From the IMG/VR virus record IMGVR_UViG_3300045988_151594: 52,993 nt of DNA. One strand, written 5' to 3'. This document shows, piece after piece, positions 35,973-43,786 of this stretch; the stretch's first letter is position 1, and each line of letters begins with the position of its first letter. This DNA is from a virus. The position numbers and the translations under genes were made by a program. Under the pieces are notes generated by a model, which saw nothing but the letters and a program-made list of their open reading frames with translations, ran no database searches and was not told where the DNA came from.

Positions 35973-38177
35973 ATGTCTTATAATAAAAAAGTATGGAAAA
36001 GTGGAGACAGAATTACAAAAGAAGCGTTAAACAATATGGAAAATGGTATAGAGGCAGCACATCAAAATTCAGGTGGAGGTGGTACATCGTATGATGATAC
36101 TGAAATAAAAACTGATATAAATAATATTAAAACTGATTTAGGTACTGCACAACTAACTACAACTGCTAAAGATGTTAAAGGGGCAGTAAATGAAGTTAAT
36201 GCACAATATAAAGATATTGCGAACTACGGATTGACTATAGGTGAAGATGGAAAAGCATATTTGATGAATGAAAAAGGAGTTAAATTTGGAACTGGAATAG
36301 AATTTCCTTCTGATGTAGATTTAACAACATTAAAGCTTACTGTAGATGGTCAAACTCTTAAATTGATGAATGGTAGTACAGAATTAGCAAATGTGACTTT
36401 ACCAAGCACAACAGTTACAGATAAACAGTTATCTACTGTGATACAATCTAAGATAGACGATGGGACACTTACAAGTCTTGTATTAGGAGACAATAGTGTT
36501 TCATCATCTAATATACAAGACGGAGCAATAACTTTTACAAAGCTAAACGGAGTATCAGTAGAGAAATTTGATTATATAGAATACCAAAATTGCAAAATTA
36601 CAAATACAACTGGAGAAATAGTATCAAGTACAGGAAAACATGTTACAAGAGCATATCCTGTAAGTCCAGGAAATTTTATATATATGTATGGGTATTTTTG
36701 GAATTATAATGATTGCCAAGGTGCTTACTATGATAAAGATAATAAGTTCTTAAGCACTTTTCAAGGTGGTATAGTTTCTCATAAGCACTATTATGGTAAA
36801 GCTCCTGAAAATGCGTATTTCGTAAGATTTACAATATTAGACGAAAATAAAGATATAATATGTTTTGGGAATCCATTAAAAAATTATCCTAAAAATTTAT
36901 GCCTTAATTCAGAATTAAATAAAGCAATAAGTAGCATGATAGGTGAAATTGGATTACCTTCTAAATCGGTAGATGCGAAAGCTTTAAATATAATTAGAAA
37001 AAAAAGCTATAATAAAATTGATTATTCAACTTTAGTGAACTTTTATCCTTTAGCCAATAATGTATATAAAGGCAAATGGAAAGGTTCAGCAAAATGTTAT
37101 CTAGAAAAAGGAGTATCTTATAAAACAATAACAAATATTACAGATTTATGGTATTTTGTTTTTTTTAAAGATAATAAAATAGTTGGTTCAAGCAAAGGAA
37201 ATAGTGATATATTTGGTTCTTATACAGACGACATTGTTAATTATATTCATCACTATACTTTTACTCTTCCTAACAATTTAGATTTTGATGATTTTATATT
37301 TGTTCTTGCTCCTACTCAAGCAATTAGTGATATAAAAGTTGTTATATCAGAAGAAAGCGAATTTGGATTATATGATGATGATTATGCTGAATATTCTTTT
37401 ACCGATGATGATTTGACAAACACTATAAAATATATAATGAATAAAAAAGAAGTTAATGGATTAGATGGGAATATATGTATAGCTATGGGTGATAGTTATA
37501 CAGTACAAATGGCTACTCCGTTAAAAAATATGATAAAAAAATATGGAATGACTATTGATAATAGAGGAATTGTATCAAGTTCAATTTGTGGCGATGAGGC
37601 AGGGAATAAAGGATATCAACCAATGTGGAAACGAACTAAAAATATTTGTGAAGAATATACTACAAATGGAACAGCTGATAATGTAAAATTAATATTATTT
37701 ATGGGTGGAGCAAATGATGGATTTGGTATAAATACTTGGATAGGGACAGGAATAAATGACACAAATAATGAGCATATTTATGGTGCTATGCACACTATAC
37801 TTAATTCTTTCAGAAAAACTTTTAAAAATGCAAAAATAATAGTTGTTTTACAACCATCAAGTTATAATAGAACTGTTTCAAGTATTACGGATGATTCAAC
37901 AGCCAAACTATTAGGTTTTTCAGGTTTGACAGAATTACAACTATTAGATGATTATCAATTTTCAAATTATAGTATGTTTGTAAAAGAAAAAGCAGTAAAA
38001 GAAGTCGCAGAGTTTTATAACTGCAAGATAGTTGATTGTTGCTTTGATTGGCATAGTGTTTTAAACGAAAATGATAGAGTGAATTACTGGAAGAGCGATA
38101 AATTACATCTTACAAATTTAGGATACCAAGATGTTGTTAATGCTGAAGAAAAGGCAATAATAGAGATATTTGGATAG
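35973..38177 (+). CDS. Tail fibre / receptor-binding protein 2 with a C-terminal SGNH hydrolase domain
   Basis: The N-terminus 'MSYNKKVWKSGDRITKEALNNMENGIEAAHQ...YDDTEIK' is paralogous to that of 30441..33524. SGNH blocks 'IAMGDSYT', 'MGGANDG', 'DKLHLT'. Confidence 0.8.
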   Translation: MSYNKKVWKSGDRITKEALNNMENGIEAAHQNSGGGGTSYDDTEIKTDINNIKTDLGTAQLTTTAKDVKGAVNEVNAQYKDIANYGLTIGEDGKAYLMNEKGVKFGTGIEFPSDVDLTTLKLTVDGQTLKLMNGSTELANVTLPSTTVTDKQLSTVIQSKIDDGTLTSLVLGDNSVSSSNIQDGAITFTKLNGVSVEKFDYIEYQNCKITNTTGEIVSSTGKHVTRAYPVSPGNFIYMYGYFWNYNDCQGAYYDKDNKFLSTFQGGIVSHKHYYGKAPENAYFVRFTILDENKDIICFGNPLKNYPKNLCLNSELNKAISSMIGEIGLPSKSVDAKALNIIRKKSYNKIDYSTLVNFYPLANNVYKGKWKGSAKCYLEKGVSYKTITNITDLWYFVFFKDNKIVGSSKGNSDIFGSYTDDIVNYIHHYTFTLPNNLDFDDFIFVLAPTQAISDIKVVISEESEFGLYDDDYAEYSFTDDDLTNTIKYIMNKKEVNGLDGNICIAMGDSYTVQMATPLKNMIKKYGMTIDNRGIVSSSICGDEAGNKGYQPMWKRTKNICEEYTTNGTADNVKLILFMGGANDGFGINTWIGTGINDTNNEHIYGAMHTILNSFRKTFKNAKIIVVLQPSSYNRTVSSITDDSTAKLLGFSGLTELQLLDDYQFSNYSMFVKEKAVKEVAEFYNCKIVDCCFDWHSVLNENDRVNYWKSDKLHLTNLGYQDVVNAEEKAIIEIFG

Positions 38178-38284
38178 AATTTTAGGAGTTAAATAACGAA
38201 CTACATAATTTGAATCTATTGCGTAAGAAAAATGTTTATAAAAATGAAGTCATGTTAATACTCTAAATAAAAAGGAGTGTTGGC

Positions 38285-38383
38285 ATGGCTTTATTATATA
38301 TAGCATTAGTATTATGTTTAATAGGTATATTAATAGGTATTCTGTCTATAATAGGGATAATTGTACTTTATAAATCAATATAG
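38285..38383 (+). CDS. 32-aa single-TM hydrophobic peptide
   Basis: RBS 'aaggag' 8 nt upstream. 'MALLYIALVLCLIGILIGILSIIGIIVLYKSI'. Its own terminator follows. Confidence 0.5.
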   Translation: MALLYIALVLCLIGILIGILSIIGIIVLYKSI

Positions 38384-38389
38384 AAAGTT

Positions 38390-38420
38390 AAAGGACTTAA
38401 TTAATTTTAGGTCCTTTTTT
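38390..38420 (+). terminator. Intrinsic terminator
   Basis: 'aaaggac...gtccttt' stem followed by a 'tttttt' run. Confidence 0.65.
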
Positions 38421-38442
38421 AATGTAAAAAAGGGGTGATATT

Positions 38443-38718
38443 ATGGATTTTCATTGCTGGAATGAAGAAGGGTGTACAGTAGAATTAGATGAAAGAGAGA
38501 GACAAGCATATATAGATTATGTTCAAAAGAAAAATCCGGGGCAACAAATTAAATATATTACAGTAAAATTAGATGGAGATTATGTTGATTTGAAATATGA
38601 AGTAGTTCCAATTCCATTTAAAAGGATCCGCAGAATTACAGGCTATTTGGTGGGCGATACAACGACTTGGAATGATGCAAAGTTAGATGAGTTAAAAGAT
38701 AGAGTTAAACATGAATAG
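38443..38718 (+). CDS. Stand-alone protein with an NrdD-type C-terminal glycyl-radical motif
   Basis: RBS 'aaggggtga'. The C-terminus 'RIRRITGYLVGDTTTWNDAKLDELKDRVKHE' matches the class III RNR C-terminal pattern RRxxGYL...N.xK..E...RVKH. Confidence 0.6.
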   Translation: MDFHCWNEEGCTVELDERERQAYIDYVQKKNPGQQIKYITVKLDGDYVDLKYEVVPIPFKRIRRITGYLVGDTTTWNDAKLDELKDRVKHE

Positions 38719-38729
38719 AGGTGTTGTCT

Positions 38730-38963
38730 ATGAGTACAGAAGTAATTGTTGCAATATTAGCATTAATAGGAACATTAGCTGGTTCGTATTTTAGTAACAA
38801 TAAACATACCGCTGTCATGGACGAAAAAATTAAAGATTTAAAGAAAGACATAGAAACCTTATCAGATAGAGTAAATCGCCATAATAACCTTGTAAGTAGG
38901 ATGAGTGTTGTTGAAGAACATATTAAAATGTTAGATGAAATAAATAAAAAAAGAGAAGATTAA
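38730..38963 (+). CDS. N-terminally membrane-anchored coiled-coil protein (possible lysis accessory)
   Basis: ATG 6 nt after 'gaggtg'. TM 'VIVAILALIGTLAGSYF' followed by a coiled coil. It lies upstream of the holin. Confidence 0.5.
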   Translation: MSTEVIVAILALIGTLAGSYFSNNKHTAVMDEKIKDLKKDIETLSDRVNRHNNLVSRMSVVEEHIKMLDEINKKRED

Positions 38964-39106
38964 TTTCCTCTCTTTTTTAATAAATCTTCAATCGCTTCAT
39001 CTAATAGTTTGCTAAGTGGTATTTTACTTTCCTTAGAGTATTCTCTTAGTTTTTTAAGTAATTCTTTATCAATAGCACTACCTATACGTTCTCTATTTTT
39101 TAACAT
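38960..39106 (-). CDS. Ribbon-helix-helix (CopG/Arc-like) protein, 48 aa
   Basis: Minus strand: RBS 'gaggtga' then ATG at 39106. 'MLKNRERIGSAIDKELLKKLREYSKESKIPLSKLLDEAIEDLLKKRGN' has an RHH pattern. The track ORF is N-terminally over-extended. Confidence 0.6.
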   Translation of the reverse strand: MLKNRERIGSAIDKELLKKLREYSKESKIPLSKLLDEAIEDLLKKRGN

Positions 39107-39147
39107 TATAATCACCTCAATATAATTATATAAGTTATGTAACGTTA

Positions 39148-39176
39148 TTGCAAGTGGTATCACTTTATGATATAAT
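39148..39176 (+). promoter_or_regulatory. Sigma-A-type promoter TTGCAA-17-TATAAT (with TG extension) for the HNH-AP2 gene
   Basis: Read directly: 'ttgcaa' at 39148-53, a 17-nt spacer ending 'tga', then 'tataat' at 39171-76. Confidence 0.65.
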
Positions 39177-39208
39177 ATAATTAGAAAACTAATAAAAGAG
39201 GTGGTTTT

Positions 39209-39805
39209 ATGAAAATATGTAAAGTTTGTGGAAATGAATTTGAAAAACTACACTCAAAAGAAATGTGTAAAAAATGTTATAATAGAGAATGGTATAAACA
39301 AAAGCATAATATAAAAAGAACTAAAAAGGATGGAAACAAAATAATAGAATATGAAGATTGTGCAGAAATGATACTTTATAATAATCAATGCAAAGAAGTA
39401 ACAAGAACAATAATAGATTTGGATGATATAAACAAAGTTAAAGTTTTTAAATGGTGTTTAGATGGCAGAGGATATGTTATAAATAGAACTGTAGGTAAAT
39501 TACATAGATTTATTATGGATTGTCCAGATGATAAAGTTGTGGACCATATTAATCATGATAAGTTAAATAATAGAAAATCCAATTTAAGGATATGTACTAA
39601 ACAACAAAATAACATGAATAAAGGTAAAACATCAACTAAAGCTACTGGAGTTTATTGGGATAAATCTGTAAATAAATGGACAGCTCAAATAACAATAAAT
39701 TACAAACATAAGACTTTAGGCAGATTTAATACAAAAGAAGAAGCAGTAAAGGCTAGACAAGAAGCTGAAATCAGATATTTCGGTGAATATAGAAATCAAG
39801 GCTAG
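39209..39805 (+). CDS. Free-standing HNH endonuclease with a C-terminal AP2 DNA-binding domain
   Basis: 'VVDHINHDKLNNRKSNLRICTKQQNNMNK' (HNH). 'TGVYWDKSVNKWTAQITINYKHKTLGRFNTKEEAVKARQEAEIRYFGEY' (AP2). Confidence 0.85.
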   Translation: MKICKVCGNEFEKLHSKEMCKKCYNREWYKQKHNIKRTKKDGNKIIEYEDCAEMILYNNQCKEVTRTIIDLDDINKVKVFKWCLDGRGYVINRTVGKLHRFIMDCPDDKVVDHINHDKLNNRKSNLRICTKQQNNMNKGKTSTKATGVYWDKSVNKWTAQITINYKHKTLGRFNTKEEAVKARQEAEIRYFGEYRNQG

Positions 39806-39844
39806 GGTAAACCTAGTCTTTTTTATTTGAAAGGAGAGAGATAA

Positions 39845-40117
39845 ATGTTAGATTTAAGTGTTATAAGTAATTATTTAGTAGTTGCAGTAATATTAGTATG
39901 TTGTTGTATTGGATATGTAATAAAAACAAGTTTAGATTTTATACCTAATAAATATATACCATTAATCATGGCCTGCATAGGAGTGGTTTTAAACTACTTT
40001 ATAGCAGGCTATTTTAATGTAAATGTATTACTAGGAGGGATGTTGAGTGGTTTAAGTTCTGTAGGACTTCATCAAGCTTTTAAAAATTTAATTGAAAACA
40101 AAGAAGGTGATAAATAA
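39845..40117 (+). CDS. Holin (multi-TM, phi-LC3-like class)
   Basis: 90 aa with three hydrophobic segments and a charged C-terminus 'ENKEGDK'. Its stop overlaps the endolysin start. Confidence 0.8.
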   Translation: MLDLSVISNYLVVAVILVCCCIGYVIKTSLDFIPNKYIPLIMACIGVVLNYFIAGYFNVNVLLGGMLSGLSSVGLHQAFKNLIENKEGDK

Positions 40118-40992
40118 TGAAGACTAAAAATGGTTTTACATTATTAGAAAATGAAAAAGATGTAAAGGAATGGTTATCTAAGCAAAAAGTAACAAGAAAA
40201 ATAACTAGACTTCAGGTGCATATGATGGACTTACCAAATTATAGTACTTGGGAAAAGACTGATAAAAAAGTATTTTCTGAACCTCATTTTGGAAGAACTC
40301 AATCTTTAGATTCTTATGGAAAAAGTAAATGGGGATGCAGTGATGGTCATGGACATTACATAGCCCAACATTTAAATATTTTTCCTGATGGTAAAATAAC
40401 AACTGGTAGAAATCTTAATTCTACTCCAATAGGAATTAGAGGTTGGAATACAAATGCTATCTGTATAGAAATATATGGATGCTTTAACAAGGGCAAAGAT
40501 AAGATGACTGAAGCACAAAAGAAAGCAGTAATATATCTTTATGGATTACTTTGCAAAAGATTTAACATACCTGTAGATATAAGTCATATAAGACCTCATT
40601 GTTGGTTCACTGCTGGAGGAACTTATTTAGGAAAATATATTCCTTCAAGAAGTGCTAAAAAATGTCCCGGTACTAACTTTTGGGGATATGGATGTTCACC
40701 TGAAGGATTTGCTCACTTCATAAAGGATGTAAAAAACTATGTAGATGGTAAAAAAGCAGAACCTAAGAAGAAAGAACAAACTAAGGCAACAAAATTTGAA
40801 ATAGTAACACTTGATAAACTTAATATAAGAAAAGTAGCAGATTGGGATGCAGATCCAGTTACAACAGTTAAGAAGGGGCAACATCTACAAGTAATAGATA
40901 CAGTAGATGCTAAAAATGGAAGTACTTCTATGTATCGCTTAGAATCAGGTTTATACATAACTGCATCTGATAAATATGTAAAGAAAGTATAA
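40117..40992 (+). CDS. Endolysin: N-acetylmuramoyl-L-alanine amidase (Amidase_2-like) + SH3b-like cell-wall-binding domain
   Basis: 'ICIEIYG', 'HIRPHCWF' and 'KKCPGTNFWG' are amidase_2-like blocks. C-terminal 'LNIRKVADWDADPVTTVKKGQHLQVIDTVDAKNGSTSMYRLESGLYI' is SH3-like. Confidence 0.8.
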   Translation: MKTKNGFTLLENEKDVKEWLSKQKVTRKITRLQVHMMDLPNYSTWEKTDKKVFSEPHFGRTQSLDSYGKSKWGCSDGHGHYIAQHLNIFPDGKITTGRNLNSTPIGIRGWNTNAICIEIYGCFNKGKDKMTEAQKKAVIYLYGLLCKRFNIPVDISHIRPHCWFTAGGTYLGKYIPSRSAKKCPGTNFWGYGCSPEGFAHFIKDVKNYVDGKKAEPKKKEQTKATKFEIVTLDKLNIRKVADWDADPVTTVKKGQHLQVIDTVDAKNGSTSMYRLESGLYITASDKYVKKV

Positions 40993-41034
40993 TAAAAAGG
41001 CTGGTAGGGATTAATTTCCTTACCAGCTTTATTT
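40993..41034. terminator. Bidirectional intrinsic terminator between the endolysin (+) and lipoprotein (-) genes
   Basis: 11-bp stem 'gctggtaggga/tccttaccagc' flanked by an A-run upstream and a T-run downstream. Confidence 0.75.
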
Positions 41035-41697
41035 TTATTTATCTAATTTGTACCACATACCAGGTATACATCCATCATATATTTCAGATGTATTATTTGT
41101 TGGTACATGGTATATTTTAACTCCTGTTATCTCTATTCTTTCCGTACTTTTTTCTTTTAAGTACAATGTTATTTTTCTAGTTTCTCCAGCTGATATATTT
41201 TGCTCAACACCATTCCATGGTATACAAGTATTGTTTTTATCATACTCTTTAAAATCTATTTCTAAATAATTTATATCATTTCCTGTATTATTAGTCCATG
41301 TAAATTCAAAACTTGGAGAAATTTCATCATCTAGATAAGTTTTTTCTATACTATCAAGTTGTTTAGCTATATATTTTTCAGCTTCTACTTCATTTCCACT
41401 ATAATTTTCAGGTATTTTTAAATTTACACCATCTTGATAATATTTAGCTTCTTCTTCTATTTTCCAGTCGTGGTTATTTAAAAAATTAATCTCATCTTCT
41501 GTTAATAACTTTCTATATGCTTCTGTTAATTCATTTCCTTCTAATCCTTTTAAAGTGGCAATTCTATCTTTTTCAGTCATATGTTTTTCTTCTTTTATAG
41601 AGCTTTCAGCTTTATTCTTATTTATATTATTACTACAACCTACCATACTTACTGCTAATATACATGATGTTAAAATGCTTATTAATTTTTTATTCAT
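41035..41697 (-). CDS. Secreted lipoprotein (candidate superinfection-exclusion or lysogenic-conversion factor)
   Basis: 'MNKKLISILTSCILAVSMVGC|SNN' is a signal peptide plus lipobox. RBS 'aaggggga'. No family recognised for the mature part. Confidence 0.7.
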   Translation of the reverse strand: MNKKLISILTSCILAVSMVGCSNNINKNKAESSIKEEKHMTEKDRIATLKGLEGNELTEAYRKLLTEDEINFLNNHDWKIEEEAKYYQDGVNLKIPENYSGNEVEAEKYIAKQLDSIEKTYLDDEISPSFEFTWTNNTGNDINYLEIDFKEYDKNNTCIPWNGVEQNISAGETRKITLYLKEKSTERIEITGVKIYHVPTNNTSEIYDGCIPGMWYKLDK

Positions 41698-41761
41698 AAA
41701 TAACATCCCCCTTAATAATTTATATTTTAGAATTCTATTTGATTATACAATTTCCTCTTTG

Positions 41762-42505
41762 TTATTCATATCCATTCTCTCGTGCAAACTTATGAAATTT
41801 ATCATACGATACTTCAAACACTTTTTTCTCATGCGATATTTCAAACACTTTTTTCTCTTTTCTTAGTTTTTTAGATTTTTTATATTTATCCCTTAAAAGT
41901 TCCATAAAATCGTATTTTGAAAATGGAATACCTATAAAATACTTAAATCCTTTATTGTATTTATTCCTCATATGAGCTATTATTGTATTTTCTCCAATTT
42001 GGAAAAATAAATCGACATTTGAAGGGATATGAAGGTTACCAAACTTATAAGCCCATTTCCACTCATATAGTCTTTCATATGGATTTTTAGGATATTTAGT
42101 TATATCTCCTATCGATTTATCCATAACATTAAATACCCAAACTAAATTATTATTTTTACCATAAAACATACTTCTTTTACGAAAATCTTGACATTTTAAT
42201 GGTGATTTTTGAAATTCTATAACTAAATTCCCTACTTTTATATCAGCCCTATGCTTTTCCCCATCTTCAGCTAAAACAACCTCTCTAAATTGTTCAGGAA
42301 ATTGTTCCTGCCAACGTTTATGCCATTCACTCATTTCATACCAATCATCACAATGAACTTTTGTTTTATGAGCAAAATGCCATTGATTTACTAAGCCTTT
42401 CTTCAGTATTAATTTCCCATGACAGCAGGGGCAATAATAGTCATTTCCTTCAATAGCATCATTTATATTAACTCTATTTCGAAAATTATCATGAGCATAA
42501 AACAT
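41762..42505 (-). CDS. CoiA-like (competence protein CoiA family) putative nuclease
   Basis: 'YYCPCCHGKLILKKGLVNQWHFAHK' zinc finger, plus 'GEKHRADIKVGNLVIEFQKSPL' (D...E-x-K core), as in the CoiA family. Confidence 0.65.
   Translation of the reverse strand: MFYAHDNFRNRVNINDAIEGNDYYCPCCHGKLILKKGLVNQWHFAHKTKVHCDDWYEMSEWHKRWQEQFPEQFREVVLAEDGEKHRADIKVGNLVIEFQKSPLKCQDFRKRSMFYGKNNNLVWVFNVMDKSIGDITKYPKNPYERLYEWKWAYKFGNLHIPSNVDLFFQIGENTIIAHMRNKYNKGFKYFIGIPFSKYDFMELLRDKYKKSKKLRKEKKVFEISHEKKVFEVSYDKFHKFARENGYE
41807..41857. repeat. Tandem duplication, 27-nt period, in the 3' end of the CoiA-like gene
   Basis: 'cgatacttcaaacacttttttctc' (41807-41830) and 'cgatatttcaaacacttttttctc' (41834-41857). They encode 'EKKVFEISHEKKVFEVSY'. 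Confidence 0.85.
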
Positions 42506-42568
42506 TTACTTATCATCCTCCCCATAGACTACTCAAAAGAGTAGCCTACTTTATTATATTAATCCTAT

Positions 42569-43381
42569 TTATCTTATTAAGTCTAAGTCCTTTTCTATTA
42601 TAGGTAAAATATCTTTTTCTTTTAAAAACTCATACAAGAATAATCTTCCCTTTTGAGTCCATTTAGTAATAATACTCACATCATCTCTTCCGTCTTTATG
42701 TTTGTAATTTACTGTTTCAGAATGAGTATATCCCTTATTTTGATATTTTTTATATAAAAACCATTGATTACCTAATCTATATTGTATTTTAAAATCACAA
42801 AGTAATTTATTAAATTCTTGTGCACTCATTCCATAATCTTTTGCTATTGATGTTACTTTGATTAATCCTTTATTTTGTAAAATTATATCTGTATAATGTG
42901 CTTTAGGTTTTAATACTTTTATTTCATCTTGTAGTGGTTCAGTTACTACTTTTTCAAAATCTTTGATTGCTAGTGCTTTTTCTAGGTCTGTTCTTGAATT
43001 GATTATATTCAATATTGCTTGGTCGTGTTTTGTTAATTGTGGTTTATTTTCTTTGAGTTGTCTTTCACATTCTATAAAGTACTTTCTGACTTGTTTACTT
43101 AATTTTTTAGTTTCTTCATTAGTTCTTGGAGCTACTCCAACTACCATGCATATTTCTTTGGCTATATCTATTTTTAGCGCATAATCAATACTTGGTCTTC
43201 CTCCTGTACTTTCTTCCTTTAAAGGAAAAAAGTCTTTATTTTCGATAGCGTCTACATTTTCAAGCTGTGATTGTATCCATGTGCTAAATGCTTTTTCAAC
43301 TTTTAATATTTTGTGTAAATCTTTTGCTGATACTAATAGTTCTCCATTTTCATTTTGTGTTACAGGTATTAAATCTTTCAT
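42569..43381 (-). CDS. Antirepressor (AntA-like N-terminal domain + KilAC C-terminal domain)
   Basis: 'LLVSAKDLHKILKVEKAFSTWIQSQL...NKDFF' (AntA/ORF6N-like). 'HYTDIILQNKGLIKVTSIAKDYGMSAQEFNKLL' (KilAC). Confidence 0.8.
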   Translation of the reverse strand: MKDLIPVTQNENGELLVSAKDLHKILKVEKAFSTWIQSQLENVDAIENKDFFPLKEESTGGRPSIDYALKIDIAKEICMVVGVAPRTNEETKKLSKQVRKYFIECERQLKENKPQLTKHDQAILNIINSRTDLEKALAIKDFEKVVTEPLQDEIKVLKPKAHYTDIILQNKGLIKVTSIAKDYGMSAQEFNKLLCDFKIQYRLGNQWFLYKKYQNKGYTHSETVNYKHKDGRDDVSIITKWTQKGRLFLYEFLKEKDILPIIEKDLDLIR

Positions 43382-43499
43382 ACTCTAATCCTCCTCTTGA
43401 TTTTTATCTTTAGAGAATTTATAATATGATAGAGAAGTTTTTATAAGTTCTCTATGTGTAAAGATATCCTGTTACTTTGGACGGTAGGGGATATCTTTT

Positions 43500-43652
43500 T
43501 TATTTGTCTTTATCGCTATTTAGATATTCATGTATAGCCTTTTCTAAAACTTCCTGAATAGATGTATTTTCTTGCAAAACTTTAATTTTTAATTTAGTTC
43601 TAGTGTTTTCATCTACTCTAACCATTATTTGTTTTTGGTCATTCCTTTTCAT
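43500..43652 (-). CDS. Arc/CopG-like ribbon-helix-helix protein (50 aa) upstream of the antirepressor
   Basis: Minus strand: 'MKRNDQKQIMVRVDENTRTKLKIKVLQENTSIQEVLEKAIHEYLNSDKDK' (beta-strand 'IMVRVD' plus two helices). RBS 'aaaggag'. Not in the ORF track. Confidence 0.6.
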   Translation of the reverse strand: MKRNDQKQIMVRVDENTRTKLKIKVLQENTSIQEVLEKAIHEYLNSDKDK

Positions 43653-43786
43653 TTAATTACTCCTTTCTCTCTATCTAATTATATGTTAGCATGATAGCTT
43701 ATTAACATCGACTATATTTTAAAAAATATTCCAATAATCGTTCGACATAAAAAGACTAGAGAAGTCAATCCCTAGCCTTTCCTTTA

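Noticed and set aside
30441-38177. Diversity-generating retroelement or invertible (shufflon / G-segment-like) tail-fibre switching.
   Set aside because: No reverse transcriptase or template repeat is present, and there is no serine invertase. I did not find inverted repeats flanking the fibre C-termini. The two fibres are simple paralogous loci.
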